DNA from: an uncultured Acidobacteriota bacterium
GTDB taxonomy: Bacteria > Acidobacteriota > UBA6911
DNA length: 64,000 bases
NCBI GenBank assembly: GCA_963809485.1
Contig: CAWEJX010000020.1
Coordinates: forward strand, 416,001 to 480,000
Direction of reading: 5' to 3'
A model generated the notes under the pieces. It ran no database searches, was not told the origin of the DNA, and saw nothing but the letters and a program-made list of their open reading frames with translations. The position numbers and the translations under genes are program-made. Below are positions 31,470-41,305 of the stretch, one piece after another; within the stretch, counting starts at the first letter, position 1, and each line of letters starts with the position of its first letter.

Positions 31470-32057
31470 ATGTCGATGAGCGAAGAAACCAATTCATCCG
31501 TGATCGGGAATTCCGGCACATTGGGAACAAGCAAAACTGCACCCGGTCCCAAGCCCTATTCCAACCCCTATGCCGCCGGTTTCGGATTGGGTCTGGTGCT
31601 CCTTGCTGCGTTTGTAATCGCGGGGCGCGGTCTGGGCGCTTCGGGCGCTTTCAGCTCACTGGTTGCCGCGGCCGCACATGCCATAGCCCCGCAACATACC
31701 GCTGCAAATGGGTTTTACGCGGAATATCTCGGCGACGGGACCGGGAGTCCCCTGATGGACTGGCTGGTTTTTGAGGTTCTGGGGATTTTTGCCGGCGGGC
31801 TGATATCGGGAGCACTGGCGGGCAGAATTGTGAAATCGATAGAGCGCGGGCCATCCATCACCAACAAAAGGCGCCTGATTTTCGCCTTCATCGGCGGATC
31901 TCTCATGGGGATCGGAGCCAAACTGGCGCGCGGCTGCACCAGCGGTCAGGCGCTGACGGGCGGGGCGTTGCTTGGGGTTGGCAGTTGGGCGTTTATGCTG
32001 TGCGTGTTCGCAGGCGCCTATGCCACGGCGTGGTTTGTAAGGAGGCAATGGAAATGA
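31470..32057 (+). CDS. YeeE/YedE sulfur (thiosulfate) transporter family protein, half 1
   Basis: GLGASG and GAKLARGCTSGQAL motifs; multiple TM helices. Confidence 0.87.
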   Translation: MSMSEETNSSVIGNSGTLGTSKTAPGPKPYSNPYAAGFGLGLVLLAAFVIAGRGLGASGAFSSLVAAAAHAIAPQHTAANGFYAEYLGDGTGSPLMDWLVFEVLGIFAGGLISGALAGRIVKSIERGPSITNKRRLIFAFIGGSLMGIGAKLARGCTSGQALTGGALLGVGSWAFMLCVFAGAYATAWFVRRQWK

Positions 32058-32659
32058 GCGCACCTTTCTACAAATTCGGATTATTCGGCGACAACATCAG
32101 CCTGGTGATCGCCTTCCTTATCGGGATCGGATTTGGCTTTTTCCTGGAGCGGGCGGGTTTCGGCAGCGCACGCAAACTGACGGCGCAGTTTTACCTGACG
32201 GACATGGCGGTATTTAAGGTGATGTTTACGGCTATTGTTACGGCCATGTTTGGAGTTTTCTATCTTGGCTGGATCGGATTTCTGGATATTTCACTCATCT
32301 ATTTGACGCCCACCTATCTGCTTCCACAGATTGCGGGCGGCCTGATCCTTGGGATCGGCTTCGCGATCGGCGGCTATTGTCCCGGGACTGCGTGTGTTGC
32401 CGTATCTACTGCCAAAATCGACGCGGCCGTTTACGTCGCTGGAGTCATCTTCGGAATCTTTGTTTTCGGCGAGGCTTTCCCGATCTTAAAGGGGTTTTAC
32501 AATGCGACGCCGATGGGACAGATTACTCTGGCCCAGCTCCTGAAGATGCCTTATGGACTCATTGTGCTATTCGTCGCGCTTATGGCCGTTGGAGGGTTTG
32601 CAGGAGCGACCTGGGTGGAGAAAATGATGGCGGCGCGGAAAGGAGTGCGGCTACCATGA
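32054..32659 (+). CDS. YeeE/YedE family protein, half 2
   Basis: GFFLERAGF, VFKVMFTAI, GFAIGGYCPGT; ATGA overlap with the previous gene. Confidence 0.87.
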   Translation: MSAPFYKFGLFGDNISLVIAFLIGIGFGFFLERAGFGSARKLTAQFYLTDMAVFKVMFTAIVTAMFGVFYLGWIGFLDISLIYLTPTYLLPQIAGGLILGIGFAIGGYCPGTACVAVSTAKIDAAVYVAGVIFGIFVFGEAFPILKGFYNATPMGQITLAQLLKMPYGLIVLFVALMAVGGFAGATWVEKMMAARKGVRLP

Positions 32660-33309
32660 GGCTTGATCTGGCGCGAATGAGCAGGAACACAAAGTTTGGG
32701 CTGCTGGTTTGTCTCCTCGGCCTGATTGCGGCATTTGCCGGCAGTCCCTACAAGGGGACTCGCGTCACTCTGGACGCAACGGATCTCGCCGGCATCGTGC
32801 AACGAGAGGTCGACCATGTAAATCCAACCGACCTTGCTGACTGGATCGTCAAAGGGAGATCCGATTATCGTCTGATTGATCTGCGTACACAGGCTGAATT
32901 CGATCAGTACCACATTCCCAGCGCGGAAACTGTCCCGCTCGCGGCGCTGCCGGACTACGGGCTGGCACGCAACGAAAAAATCATTCTCTATTCCGAAGGT
33001 GGAATCCACTCAGCGCAAGCCTGGTTTTTGCTGAAAGCTATGGGATACCCATCGGTCTACATGCTCCGCGGTGGATTGGATGATTGGAAAGACCTGGTGC
33101 TTTTCCCGTCCCTGCCGCCGGATCCAAATCCGGAACAGATTACAGCATTCGCCAAAATGAAGGAAGTCAGCAAATTTTTCGGAGGAACGCCGCGGACTGC
33201 ATCCGGCGCAACGACGCCTGATTCCGCTATGCCGCTTCCCAAGCTGCAGATGCCAGGTTCACCCTCCGGCCCCCCAGCCGCGCCAAAGAAAAAGAAGGAA
33301 GGGTGCTAG
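32656..33309 (+). CDS. Membrane-anchored rhodanese-like protein with C-terminal Gly-Cys
   Basis: LIDLRTQAEFDQYHIPSA, LRGGLDDW; active-site loop reads YSEGGIHS; ends PKKKKEGC; ATGA overlap. Confidence 0.85.
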   Translation: MRLDLARMSRNTKFGLLVCLLGLIAAFAGSPYKGTRVTLDATDLAGIVQREVDHVNPTDLADWIVKGRSDYRLIDLRTQAEFDQYHIPSAETVPLAALPDYGLARNEKIILYSEGGIHSAQAWFLLKAMGYPSVYMLRGGLDDWKDLVLFPSLPPDPNPEQITAFAKMKEVSKFFGGTPRTASGATTPDSAMPLPKLQMPGSPSGPPAAPKKKKEGC

Positions 33310-33385
33310 CGCACCGGTTCAAAAAGAAAGCGAGATAGCATCTGCATTGTCCGTTTTTACCGGAAATCCAGGAAAAGTTTAAAAT

Positions 33386-33595
33386 TCAGATACCTCCGGT
33401 AGAGCCAACGGTTTGTTTGTTTACCACTCAAAGCGGTTTAATGAACTGCGCTGCCTCTAAATCCTGACATCACTGGCAAGAGCCGACCCTCGCCGAACAA
33501 ATCGGCGCTTGTCAGCGCTTTTATCAGCGTTTCTCAGCGTTTCAAAATACGGAGCTGTCAAACTCTTTGAGTCTCCCGGATTTACCAATGTAATT
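33386..33595. mobile_element. IS200/IS605-type non-autonomous element copy 2 (degenerate)
   Basis: Shares CCTCGCCGAACAAATCGG...TCAGCGTTTCAAAATACGGAGCTGTCAAACTCTTTGAGTC...TTACCAATGTAATT with copies 1 and 3; hairpins decayed. Confidence 0.75.
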
Positions 33596-33776
33596 GATGA
33601 TGGCATAGAGAGTGGCATTGAATTCCAGCAAACTGGTGTTAGGATGGCAGGACAGACAGAGCCGCGCGTTGCTGCTCCGGTGCGGCTTTTTCATGAATGG
33701 CCGGCGCCAATATTCCGGTCCGGCCATGTCGGCGCAGCAGGCGATGTCTATTTGAATTTTTGAGAGGAGATAGTGA

Positions 33777-34451
33777 ATGAGTTCCCAAAAAGACGAAAAG
33801 GAAAGCTCTTCGCGAAGAGAATTTTTTCAGGACGTGACGGCAGGCGCAGCCGGCGTGGCGTTTGCAGGCGCTTTGGCCCAGTTGGGCGTTCCGGTCGTAT
33901 CCGCTGCCCAGGATTCAAAGCCCCCCGCAGCCAAGCCGGCGGATTCGCCATTCTTTAAAAATCCTCCGCCATGGCCGAAGGGGACCATCGGCACCAAATA
34001 TGATCATCTGTTCTCAACAAAGCTAAGGGAAAACTCCATGGTGCCGGATATTGTTCCCGGTCCGCAGGCATATTTCCGGGGCGACACCGATCTTCCCGGG
34101 GCAAAGATAAATATGGGCTGGCAGATATTTATAAAACCCTACAGGCTGGAATTGGAATCGCATCACCACGACACCGATGAATATCTGTTCTTCCTGGGGG
34201 CAACGTTTCCGGACCTCGTGGGATCCTTTGATGCCGAAATTGAATACTTTATCGGAAAAGAATATGAAAAGAAGGTCATCACCCAGGCCACGGTTCTTTA
34301 TATCCCCGCGGGTCTGGAACATAATCCCTGCGATATCAAGAGAGTCGGCAAACCCTTGTTCTTCAGTGCGCTTGCATTGGCGCCCTACTTCAATGGAGTA
34401 TACCAGACCGGAGGCTACAGAGAATTCAGAGGCGCGCCCAAAATTAAATAA
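33777..34451 (+). CDS. Tat-exported cupin-like hypothetical protein
   Basis: SSRREFF signal; cupin-like HHHDTDEYLFF and YIPAGLEHNP. Confidence 0.7.
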   Translation: MSSQKDEKESSSRREFFQDVTAGAAGVAFAGALAQLGVPVVSAAQDSKPPAAKPADSPFFKNPPPWPKGTIGTKYDHLFSTKLRENSMVPDIVPGPQAYFRGDTDLPGAKINMGWQIFIKPYRLELESHHHDTDEYLFFLGATFPDLVGSFDAEIEYFIGKEYEKKVITQATVLYIPAGLEHNPCDIKRVGKPLFFSALALAPYFNGVYQTGGYREFRGAPKIK

Positions 34452-34510
34452 TTGCCGGGGTGTGCATTAACACATCGTCCCGGCAAACCCGGAGCTTCAG
34501 GTTATGAGTA

Positions 34511-34544
34511 AAGCGGGGTCGCTGACGCGGCCCCGCTTTTTTTT
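34511..34544 (+). terminator. Rho-independent terminator
   Basis: AGCGGGGTCGC-TGAC-GCGGCCCCGC followed by T8. Confidence 0.8.
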
Positions 34545-34619
34545 CGGGGTGCCGGGAGCCAATTTTCCATTTTATTCCCAGAAACCGCCTGTGCGACTTT
34601 GAGCTAGAATAAGCAGGAG

Positions 34620-35053
34620 CAAGGCCGGCGGATACGGCGGGCAATTTCACGGCGATGTTCGGCGCCCAGGCATGGAAACGCCGGGCCATGGACATCATCG
34701 CCTCGCGCTCAGCCGCTCGGGAAGGATTGACCTGCGCGCATACGTAGCCTTGCTTGGCACCGCTCTTCTCATAATGAGGGCGGTACATGTCTGCCGCCCG
34801 CGTGACGACCAACCGCACCAGTTCCTCGGCTTTTGGCTCCGCATTGAGATTATGCGCCAGAACGGAACGGATGTCCGCAGTCCAAGACCCGCCTGTTGTT
34901 CGCCAGGGCCACACTCGAGAGAAACGGATTGGTGGTCACCCCGACCGCTCCACGCCCCAGGCCCCGTTGCAGTTCGACCGGGTCGGCCGAATCATGCCAC
35001 CATGCTGTAGGAGTGTTCTCGACGACCCAGTTCAGATAACTATCCGTACTCAA
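34620..35053 (-). pseudogene. Transaldolase-family gene, frameshifted and 3' truncated
   Basis: WWHDSAD, GVTTNP, GYVCAQVNP, NIAVKLP; homology ends shortly after the Schiff-base Lys. Confidence 0.75.
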
Positions 35054-35056
35054 AGT

Positions 35057-35950
35057 CTATCCTTTAGGTTTCCGCACTTCTGTTTTGGCCATATCTTCGA
35101 CAAACGTGGCGATCGCCGAATGGTCGAGTTCGCCGCGCCCGGCATTCATCAAAGCCATCAAAACCTGTTGGGCCATGCTTGTGAAAGGAAGCGAAACCTT
35201 CAGGGATTCGGCGGCCGCGAGCGCATTGCGCAGATCCTTCTGGTGCAGACGGATGCGGAATCCCGGCTTGAAATTGCGCGAAATTACCATGGGAGCTTTC
35301 GCGTTCAATACCGCGCTCCCCGCCAATCCTCCCTTGACGGCATTGAATACGACCTCCGGATCGAGTCCCGCCCTGGTTGCCAGAACGAGAGCTTCTCCCA
35401 TAGCGGCTATGTTGATCGCGACCATCATCTGGTTCGCAAGTTTTGTCACATTGCCCGCGCCGATTGGGCCGGTCAATATCGCGCTCGATCCCATCGACTG
35501 GAACAAGGGGAGAACCCTGTCAAAAACCTCTTGCTTGCCGCCCGCCATGATAGCCAGAGTCCCGTCTATGGCCTTCGGCTCGCCTCCGCTCACGGGCGCA
35601 TCCAGGAATTCGACGCCCTTGGCAGCGCACGCCGCTCCAACCTTCTGAGCGACGAGGGGACTGATCGAGCTCATATCGACGATGACCGAGCCGGGCTGCG
35701 CTCCTTCGAGCGCGCCCTCGGGGCCCAGTACGGCGGCTTCGACCTCGGGCCCGTCGGGAACCATGGTGATCGTGACCTGAGAGCGAGCCGCAACATCCCT
35801 GGCGGACTGGCCCGCAGCCGCACCCGACGCTGACATTTCGGCGAACCGTTCCGGGACGATATCGTAAACAACCAGTTGATTGCCTGCCTTAATCAGGTTG
35901 CGGGTCATGGGCTTGCCCATGATCCCCAGCCCGATGAATCCGACTCTCAT
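35057..35950 (-). CDS. garR: 2-hydroxy-3-oxopropionate (tartronate semialdehyde) reductase
   Basis: VGFIGLGIMGKPM, DAPVSGGEPKAIDGTL, KLANQ, FKPGFRIRLHQKDL, DHSA. Confidence 0.85.
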   Translation of the reverse strand: MRVGFIGLGIMGKPMTRNLIKAGNQLVVYDIVPERFAEMSASGAAAGQSARDVAARSQVTITMVPDGPEVEAAVLGPEGALEGAQPGSVIVDMSSISPLVAQKVGAACAAKGVEFLDAPVSGGEPKAIDGTLAIMAGGKQEVFDRVLPLFQSMGSSAILTGPIGAGNVTKLANQMMVAINIAAMGEALVLATRAGLDPEVVFNAVKGGLAGSAVLNAKAPMVISRNFKPGFRIRLHQKDLRNALAAAESLKVSLPFTSMAQQVLMALMNAGRGELDHSAIATFVEDMAKTEVRKPKG

Positions 35951-36022
35951 AATGGCTCCTTTGAACAAGGGACGGCTTTCCGGAGTGCCGGGGCGGTCCT
36001 TAAAAACCGTCCTTGCCGGGAT

Positions 36023-37111
36023 CTATAGATCGAGGTTTTGACGGGCGTACTCGATGCATTTCAGGTTGTATTCGTCTTCCAGCCTGATTTGCGCTTCCGG
36101 GCTCAGCCCGGTGACGCGCGGAAGCGGCTTTTGGGGCCGATTCTTTTTGACCAGGGCCAGCACTTTTGCCAGATCTCTTCCCGGCAGCGGGCTGTAATCG
36201 TCGTCGAAGGTAGCCCAGTATTTTGCCGTGAAAACCGGTATCTTCAGAGGATCGCGCGTGATCATCTCTAGGTCGAAGATCATATTCGGATCCACCGCGC
36301 GCAGCATCTGAACTATTTGTTTGAGATCCAGGATCCCTTCTCCCATTGGGACCTCGGAGAGGAGGAATCCATCCTCATACTCCTCCACCGCCATGTCCTT
36401 GATATGGGCAAAACACGTATAGGGCGCAAGCGTGCGCGCCGCGTCCATGGGGTCTTCGCAGAGAGATAGGTTGTTGCCGAAGTCCAGGCAAACCCCGACC
36501 CATTCGCTGCCGAGGCGCTTCAGCCACGCAACCTGCTCGCCGGAGCGCCAGCCTTTGTGGTTTTCGATGCCGAGCTTGATCTTATATTTGCGCAGCACCG
36601 GCTCTGCAAGCTCCACCTGCTTCTTGCATCGTTCGAACATCTGCCTGAAAGGTTCCAGTCTATCGAAGTCCTCATAGCGCCGTCCCGTCAGCGCCGCATG
36701 AAAAGCCGCCGCGCCGGCTTCTTTGTATGCCTTCACCTGAGCATCAAATGCCGCAACATCGCTTTCCTGCATCGGCAGCCGGGGATCGCAGACGAGGTGC
36801 ATATTGTATTTTTCCAGCCGCTGCCGGAACTGCCGGATCGCATCCGGATCAATGGACGGAGGATTCGTCTGAACGCCGCCAAGACCGATGCTGTGACAAT
36901 GCTCAACCATATCAAAGGACGTGGGGCTCCCTTTGGCTGCCATCATGCGCGCGACAAAGGCCGTGGGCGTGCCGCCCATGCGCGGATAACCTTTGGAAGC
37001 AACCGGCGTCTGAGCGGTTTGCGCCGTGCCCTGCCTCCGGGCGGATGACTCGAGCGCCGACAAGAAAGGAGCCGCGCCGGCAAGCGCCAACATCTGTCTG
37101 CGTGAGATCAT
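36023..37111 (-). CDS. Tat-exported sugar phosphate isomerase/epimerase (xylose isomerase-like TIM barrel)
   Basis: ISRRQML; IENHK, LDFGN, HIKD, GEGILDL, LEM. Confidence 0.85.
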   Translation of the reverse strand: MISRRQMLALAGAAPFLSALESSARRQGTAQTAQTPVASKGYPRMGGTPTAFVARMMAAKGSPTSFDMVEHCHSIGLGGVQTNPPSIDPDAIRQFRQRLEKYNMHLVCDPRLPMQESDVAAFDAQVKAYKEAGAAAFHAALTGRRYEDFDRLEPFRQMFERCKKQVELAEPVLRKYKIKLGIENHKGWRSGEQVAWLKRLGSEWVGVCLDFGNNLSLCEDPMDAARTLAPYTCFAHIKDMAVEEYEDGFLLSEVPMGEGILDLKQIVQMLRAVDPNMIFDLEMITRDPLKIPVFTAKYWATFDDDYSPLPGRDLAKVLALVKKNRPQKPLPRVTGLSPEAQIRLEDEYNLKCIEYARQNLDL

Positions 37112-37344
37112 ACGATCCTCCTCTTTACTACGGTTATCCGGGGAATGCGCAATATTTGCTATGTACCAGTGACAGGCAGCCGTCCAGCCTGGCTGGAGAT
37201 GCAGCCTGTTGAAATCCCCGGGTGTCCGCAGAAACGGCTTTTATAATCAAATATCCTATCCCAAGCGCAATCCAGGCTATCGCCTCCGCAAATCCTTGCA
37301 TGGTCTCAATGAACCCGGGAAGCGAATTTCACAAAGACCCGCGA

Positions 37345-38832
37345 TTATGCCCTGAGGGCATCCTTCAGGGCTTTGTCCCAGGGCGCGCGATACGGCTTGA
37401 CGCAGAGGGCCGCAGCTTCCTTATCGCCGAGAACCTGCTCCCTTTCGGGATCCCAGCGAATCGAGCGGCCGAGCCGGAGCGACATATTCGCCAGGTTGCA
37501 TGCGACGGCCACGCGATGCCCGTCCTCCACTTCGCAAAGCGGGCGCTTCCGTGTCCGGATGGAATTCAGCCAGTCCTGTTTGTTCATCGCGAGGGTGTCT
37601 TCGCCGCCAACTCCATAGCGGGCATCCGACTCCATGCCTTTACCCTTCGTAGCCTCGATCCACGAAGCGGGTTTGGTATCCGAATAGACCGGGCCCCCCG
37701 TTGGATGCCCTGAAAAGCGCGGAATGTCATTGATGGGGTCCCCCTTCATTTCCGGCAGGACTTCCCAATTCCCCGCAAGGACCATTGTGCCCTTGGTTCC
37801 CATATAGAGTTGTCCCCGCGCCTCCGCATCCGGGATCGAGCGGCTGGCATTCGCCTCGCGGATAGCCGCATTCATGATGAAACCCGGGGTCTTCGGATCC
37901 GGCCCGTCGAATACCCACATGGCGTCCTGCAGATCCGGGGTCTCGCCATCGTCCTCCAGCGCGTACCGTCCGCCGGTGGAAGTCACCAGCGAGGGCCCTT
38001 TGACATTCATGACATACAGGACCTGGTCGATGATGTGCGCTCCCAGGTTTGTCATCTGCCCGCCCGAATAATCCCAGAACCAGCGGAAATGATAAATTCC
38101 CCGATGCGCCGTGTAGGGCTTCTTTTCCGCCGGGCCCAGCCACATATCATAGTCGAGGCCCGCCGGCGGCTCTGAAACGGGGGTTCGGCCAAAACCCGGA
38201 TAGATGTTCCTATAGGAGGACCAGCGGATGGAATGGATCCTGCCCAGCACCCCGCTTTCCACAACCTTCCTGGAATCGATCACCCCTTTGCCATGCCGCC
38301 GCTGCGTCCCCACAACCACAATCCGTTTGTATTTGCGGGCCGCCTGAACCATCCATTTTCCTTCGTCAATGAACAGCGTCATCGGCTTCTCTACATAGAC
38401 GTCCTTGCCCGCCTGGCACGCCAGAATGGTGTGCAACGCGTGCCAGTGATCCGGCGTTGCGAGCAACACCCCCTGAATATCCTTGTTTTCGTACATCTTT
38501 CGAAAATCGCCGTAGCCCTTGGCGCCAGGACTTTCCATATAGGCAAGCCCCTCCTCCAGTCGCGGCTTGTAGGCATCGCACATGCCCAGCAGTTCAACGT
38601 CCTTGAACTTTTTAAGATCCGTGATGTGTTGTTTGCCGATCAGCCCGAAGCCAATGACTCCGATACCGATCCGGTCGTTGGCGCCGAGCACGCGCACGTA
38701 GGATGCCGCTGTCCATGCAGCCGCACCTGCCGCGCCCAGAAACACCCGTCGGGAGGTTTTCCTGGCTTCCATGGGATTATCCAGCGAATGAGTCGGAGAT
38801 TCGTGCATGTCCATTTCCTTTCTTGGCAGCAT
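37345..38832 (-). CDS. Tat-exported Gfo/Idh/MocA oxidoreductase
   Basis: SRRVFL; GANDRIGIGVIG, ATPDHWH, YVEKP, GGQMTNLGAH. Start uncertain. Confidence 0.9.
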   Translation of the reverse strand: MLPRKEMDMHESPTHSLDNPMEARKTSRRVFLGAAGAAAWTAASYVRVLGANDRIGIGVIGFGLIGKQHITDLKKFKDVELLGMCDAYKPRLEEGLAYMESPGAKGYGDFRKMYENKDIQGVLLATPDHWHALHTILACQAGKDVYVEKPMTLFIDEGKWMVQAARKYKRIVVVGTQRRHGKGVIDSRKVVESGVLGRIHSIRWSSYRNIYPGFGRTPVSEPPAGLDYDMWLGPAEKKPYTAHRGIYHFRWFWDYSGGQMTNLGAHIIDQVLYVMNVKGPSLVTSTGGRYALEDDGETPDLQDAMWVFDGPDPKTPGFIMNAAIREANASRSIPDAEARGQLYMGTKGTMVLAGNWEVLPEMKGDPINDIPRFSGHPTGGPVYSDTKPASWIEATKGKGMESDARYGVGGEDTLAMNKQDWLNSIRTRKRPLCEVEDGHRVAVACNLANMSLRLGRSIRWDPEREQVLGDKEAAALCVKPYRAPWDKALKDALRA

Positions 38833-39207
38833 ACCCGTAAACTCGTTTCACAGCGCTAAGGCAAAAAAGCCTCTTTCAAGATCTACCACAGAATCTATAA
38901 CCCAATGATGTCGTCCTGCCGGCTCTCCGGCCCGCAACGCCATTTAATGATAGGAGCCCATCTTTTGCCCCAGATAATGCTTGGTATTTGATATGCGATT
39001 ATGTCATATTTAGTTTATAATTCAATTTAGATGTCATAACATAGTGTCGCCGCCAGCTCTTGGTGCGGACCGGTATCCTGATGGTCAGCGTTCGTCGGCG
39101 CAATCTTCAGCGTGCGTCAGCGTTCCCTGATCCTGGAGCTGTCAAACTCCACGGATCCCCGGCAAAGCGGGCCGTTTGCCGAGGTATTCAGCACGCATCC
39201 CGTCGAA

Positions 39208-40131
39208 TCATCCGGCGAATGCATTATTAATGTGCAGGATCGCCTCGTCGATTTCCTCCCTGTTCTTCATTCCGATCACAACGGCGTCCACAATGTACGA
39301 TTTCATGACCCACGTAAGCGATCTTTTTCGGTCCTCGACATTCGTAAATGCCCCCTCCCCGATCAGTTTCATACCGATGATGCCATGGCCGTTTTCCCTC
39401 ATAAGCTTGAGCTGCTCCACGACAGCCGGCACGTGGGATTCATTGCTTTGGTCGTAGACGACCAGCTTTGGCGTGTCGATTTTGACGCCCTGCCGATTAA
39501 TGCGCACAAGGTTGACATCCACCCAGTCAAGGGACGCGGCTTTTGTTGTGGCCGGCAGGGAGTGCGTTGAGACGCCGTGTGCGCGGATCATCCCTTTTTG
39601 CTTGGCCTCTTCCAGCCCATCCCGCAATGGCTTGTTCTGCTCATCCCAGTTGGGAGGGATCTGACAATGGATCAGGACGGTGTCGATATAATCCACATTC
39701 AATTCCTTGCGAAAACGATCCACCATTTCCAGCGGTTTCTCGGACTTGCCGAATCCCGGCATATACATCGCCTTCGATTGTATGTAGAGCTTCTCCCTGG
39801 GTAATCCCTTGATCGCTTCGCGCACCCATGGATGGGTCTGGTAGGCATCCGCCGTATCGATATAGGTGATCCCTCTCTCATAGGCATAATGGATGAGATT
39901 GTTAAATCCCTCACGGCCCAGCCCGCGCTGCAATTCCCCGCTGTTTGTGCCGGTACCGATACCGAGCCGGCTCAACTTGAGGCCGGTCTTGCCCAGGGCA
40001 ACCTGGTCCGCTGCCCTCTTCCTGCCCCCCCGGGCAACCAGTTCCGCGGTATAAGCGGATGCCAGGACTACGCCGCCGGAAACTGCAGCCCCTTTGATGA
40101 ACTCACGCCTGCTTATCAAACGATCACTCAT
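39208..40131 (-). CDS. Tat-signal aldo/keto reductase
   Basis: SRREFIK; LGKTGLKLSRLGIG, IDTADAY, LIH, GVSTH, GMK. Confidence 0.88.
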   Translation of the reverse strand: MSDRLISRREFIKGAAVSGGVVLASAYTAELVARGGRKRAADQVALGKTGLKLSRLGIGTGTNSGELQRGLGREGFNNLIHYAYERGITYIDTADAYQTHPWVREAIKGLPREKLYIQSKAMYMPGFGKSEKPLEMVDRFRKELNVDYIDTVLIHCQIPPNWDEQNKPLRDGLEEAKQKGMIRAHGVSTHSLPATTKAASLDWVDVNLVRINRQGVKIDTPKLVVYDQSNESHVPAVVEQLKLMRENGHGIIGMKLIGEGAFTNVEDRKRSLTWVMKSYIVDAVVIGMKNREEIDEAILHINNAFAG

Positions 40132-40221
40132 TGTATCTTCTCCAATATTTGCAACTTGCCTGGTTCGCCGGATGTCGTCCGGGAGGTCCTCGCTGACTTT
40201 CTGATTTGCTGACCTGCGGTC

Positions 40222-40845
40222 CTATTTCAGAATTCTGTCGAAAAAGTTCTTTAATGCCGGGTAAGGAACAACACCGGAAACCCTCTGCTCTCGTCCAAGG
40301 GCATGAACGAAGAGTGTCGGCGTTGTCCGAATCCCTCTTTTCACACCCAGCTCGAATTCACGCGTAATCTGCTCATCGATTGCGCCATCTCGGAGCAGAT
40401 CCTTGATGCGCTTGTAGTCTTCCGGGGCAAGCGCTTTGGACACAACGGCATCGATAGCCCCGTCCCCGGACCACAGGCTCTGATTTTCGTAGAGAGTCTT
40501 CATCACGGAGCGCCATTGTTCCCGTCCCAGGTTCTGGGCAGCCTTGGAATACTGAGCTGCCCGCCGGGAATACCTGTTGGGCGGCAACGGAAACTCGTAG
40601 TACACGACGCAGACTTTATTAACGCTGCAATATTCGTTTAAAACATGTGAGATCGTATTCAGGAACAGTTCCCTGCAGTGGGTGCACTGAAAGTCCGAAA
40701 AGACCTCGATCCGGATCGGAGCGTCGAGACTTCCACCCAGGCATTGTTCGGGCTTTATCTCTTCTTTTTCCTGCGGAGTCGCGCAGGGTGTAAACGCGGA
40801 GGACGGAAGCAGCAGCAGATAAATAATCGCTGTTATCAGTCGCAT
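40222..40845 (-). CDS. DsbA/thioredoxin-fold protein
   Basis: EVFSDFQCTHC, YEFPL, GIRTTPT; signal peptide. Confidence 0.87.
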   Translation of the reverse strand: MRLITAIIYLLLLPSSAFTPCATPQEKEEIKPEQCLGGSLDAPIRIEVFSDFQCTHCRELFLNTISHVLNEYCSVNKVCVVYYEFPLPPNRYSRRAAQYSKAAQNLGREQWRSVMKTLYENQSLWSGDGAIDAVVSKALAPEDYKRIKDLLRDGAIDEQITREFELGVKRGIRTTPTLFVHALGREQRVSGVVPYPALKNFFDRILK

Positions 40846-40955
40846 GGCTCCTTCATCCTCAATTTCTGCCCGTAAATCCGGATCAGAAAACGGGCAGAAA
40901 AAAACGGGGCCTTCCTGTCGGCAGGGACCTTGAGACTACGATAAAGCAGGCGGCT

Positions 40956-41110
40956 TTAGAAGTACAGCTTGACCGCGAGCAGAAGAATGCGGGGACTGCG
41001 CACATACCACGAGCCCGAGCCCTGCGCGCCGAAATCGAAAGGATTGCCGGGCCCCGCGGTGTTGGAGATGTTGCCGGCCCGGTTAAACAGGATGAAGTTA
41101 TTGAACCCGC
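40956..41110 (-). pseudogene. C-terminal remnant of a TonB-dependent receptor
   Basis: ...RSPRILLLAVKLYF* is a typical terminal beta-strand ending in Phe; no upstream body. Confidence 0.55.
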
Positions 41111-41224
41111 TCGAAATATTATGTTTTGCATCCCGGGTGCATGGCAACTGCAGGCATTTCGGAAGCAAATATCATGTTTATTTACAAATATTTGTTCAGC
41201 CCTTGCCTGCTGATAGAATAAAAA

Positions 41225-41254
41225 TTGACATGCAACAAAATGTTGCCTTATCGT
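41225..41254 (+). promoter_or_regulatory. Putative sigma70 promoter with palindromic operator in the spacer
   Basis: TTGACA-N18-TATCGT; the spacer contains GCAACA-AAA-TGTTGC. Confidence 0.5.
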
Positions 41255-41305
41255 CCAGTCTCTCGCATTGAGTCCTATCCATGGCTATGTAAGGAGCAAC
41301 CCGCC

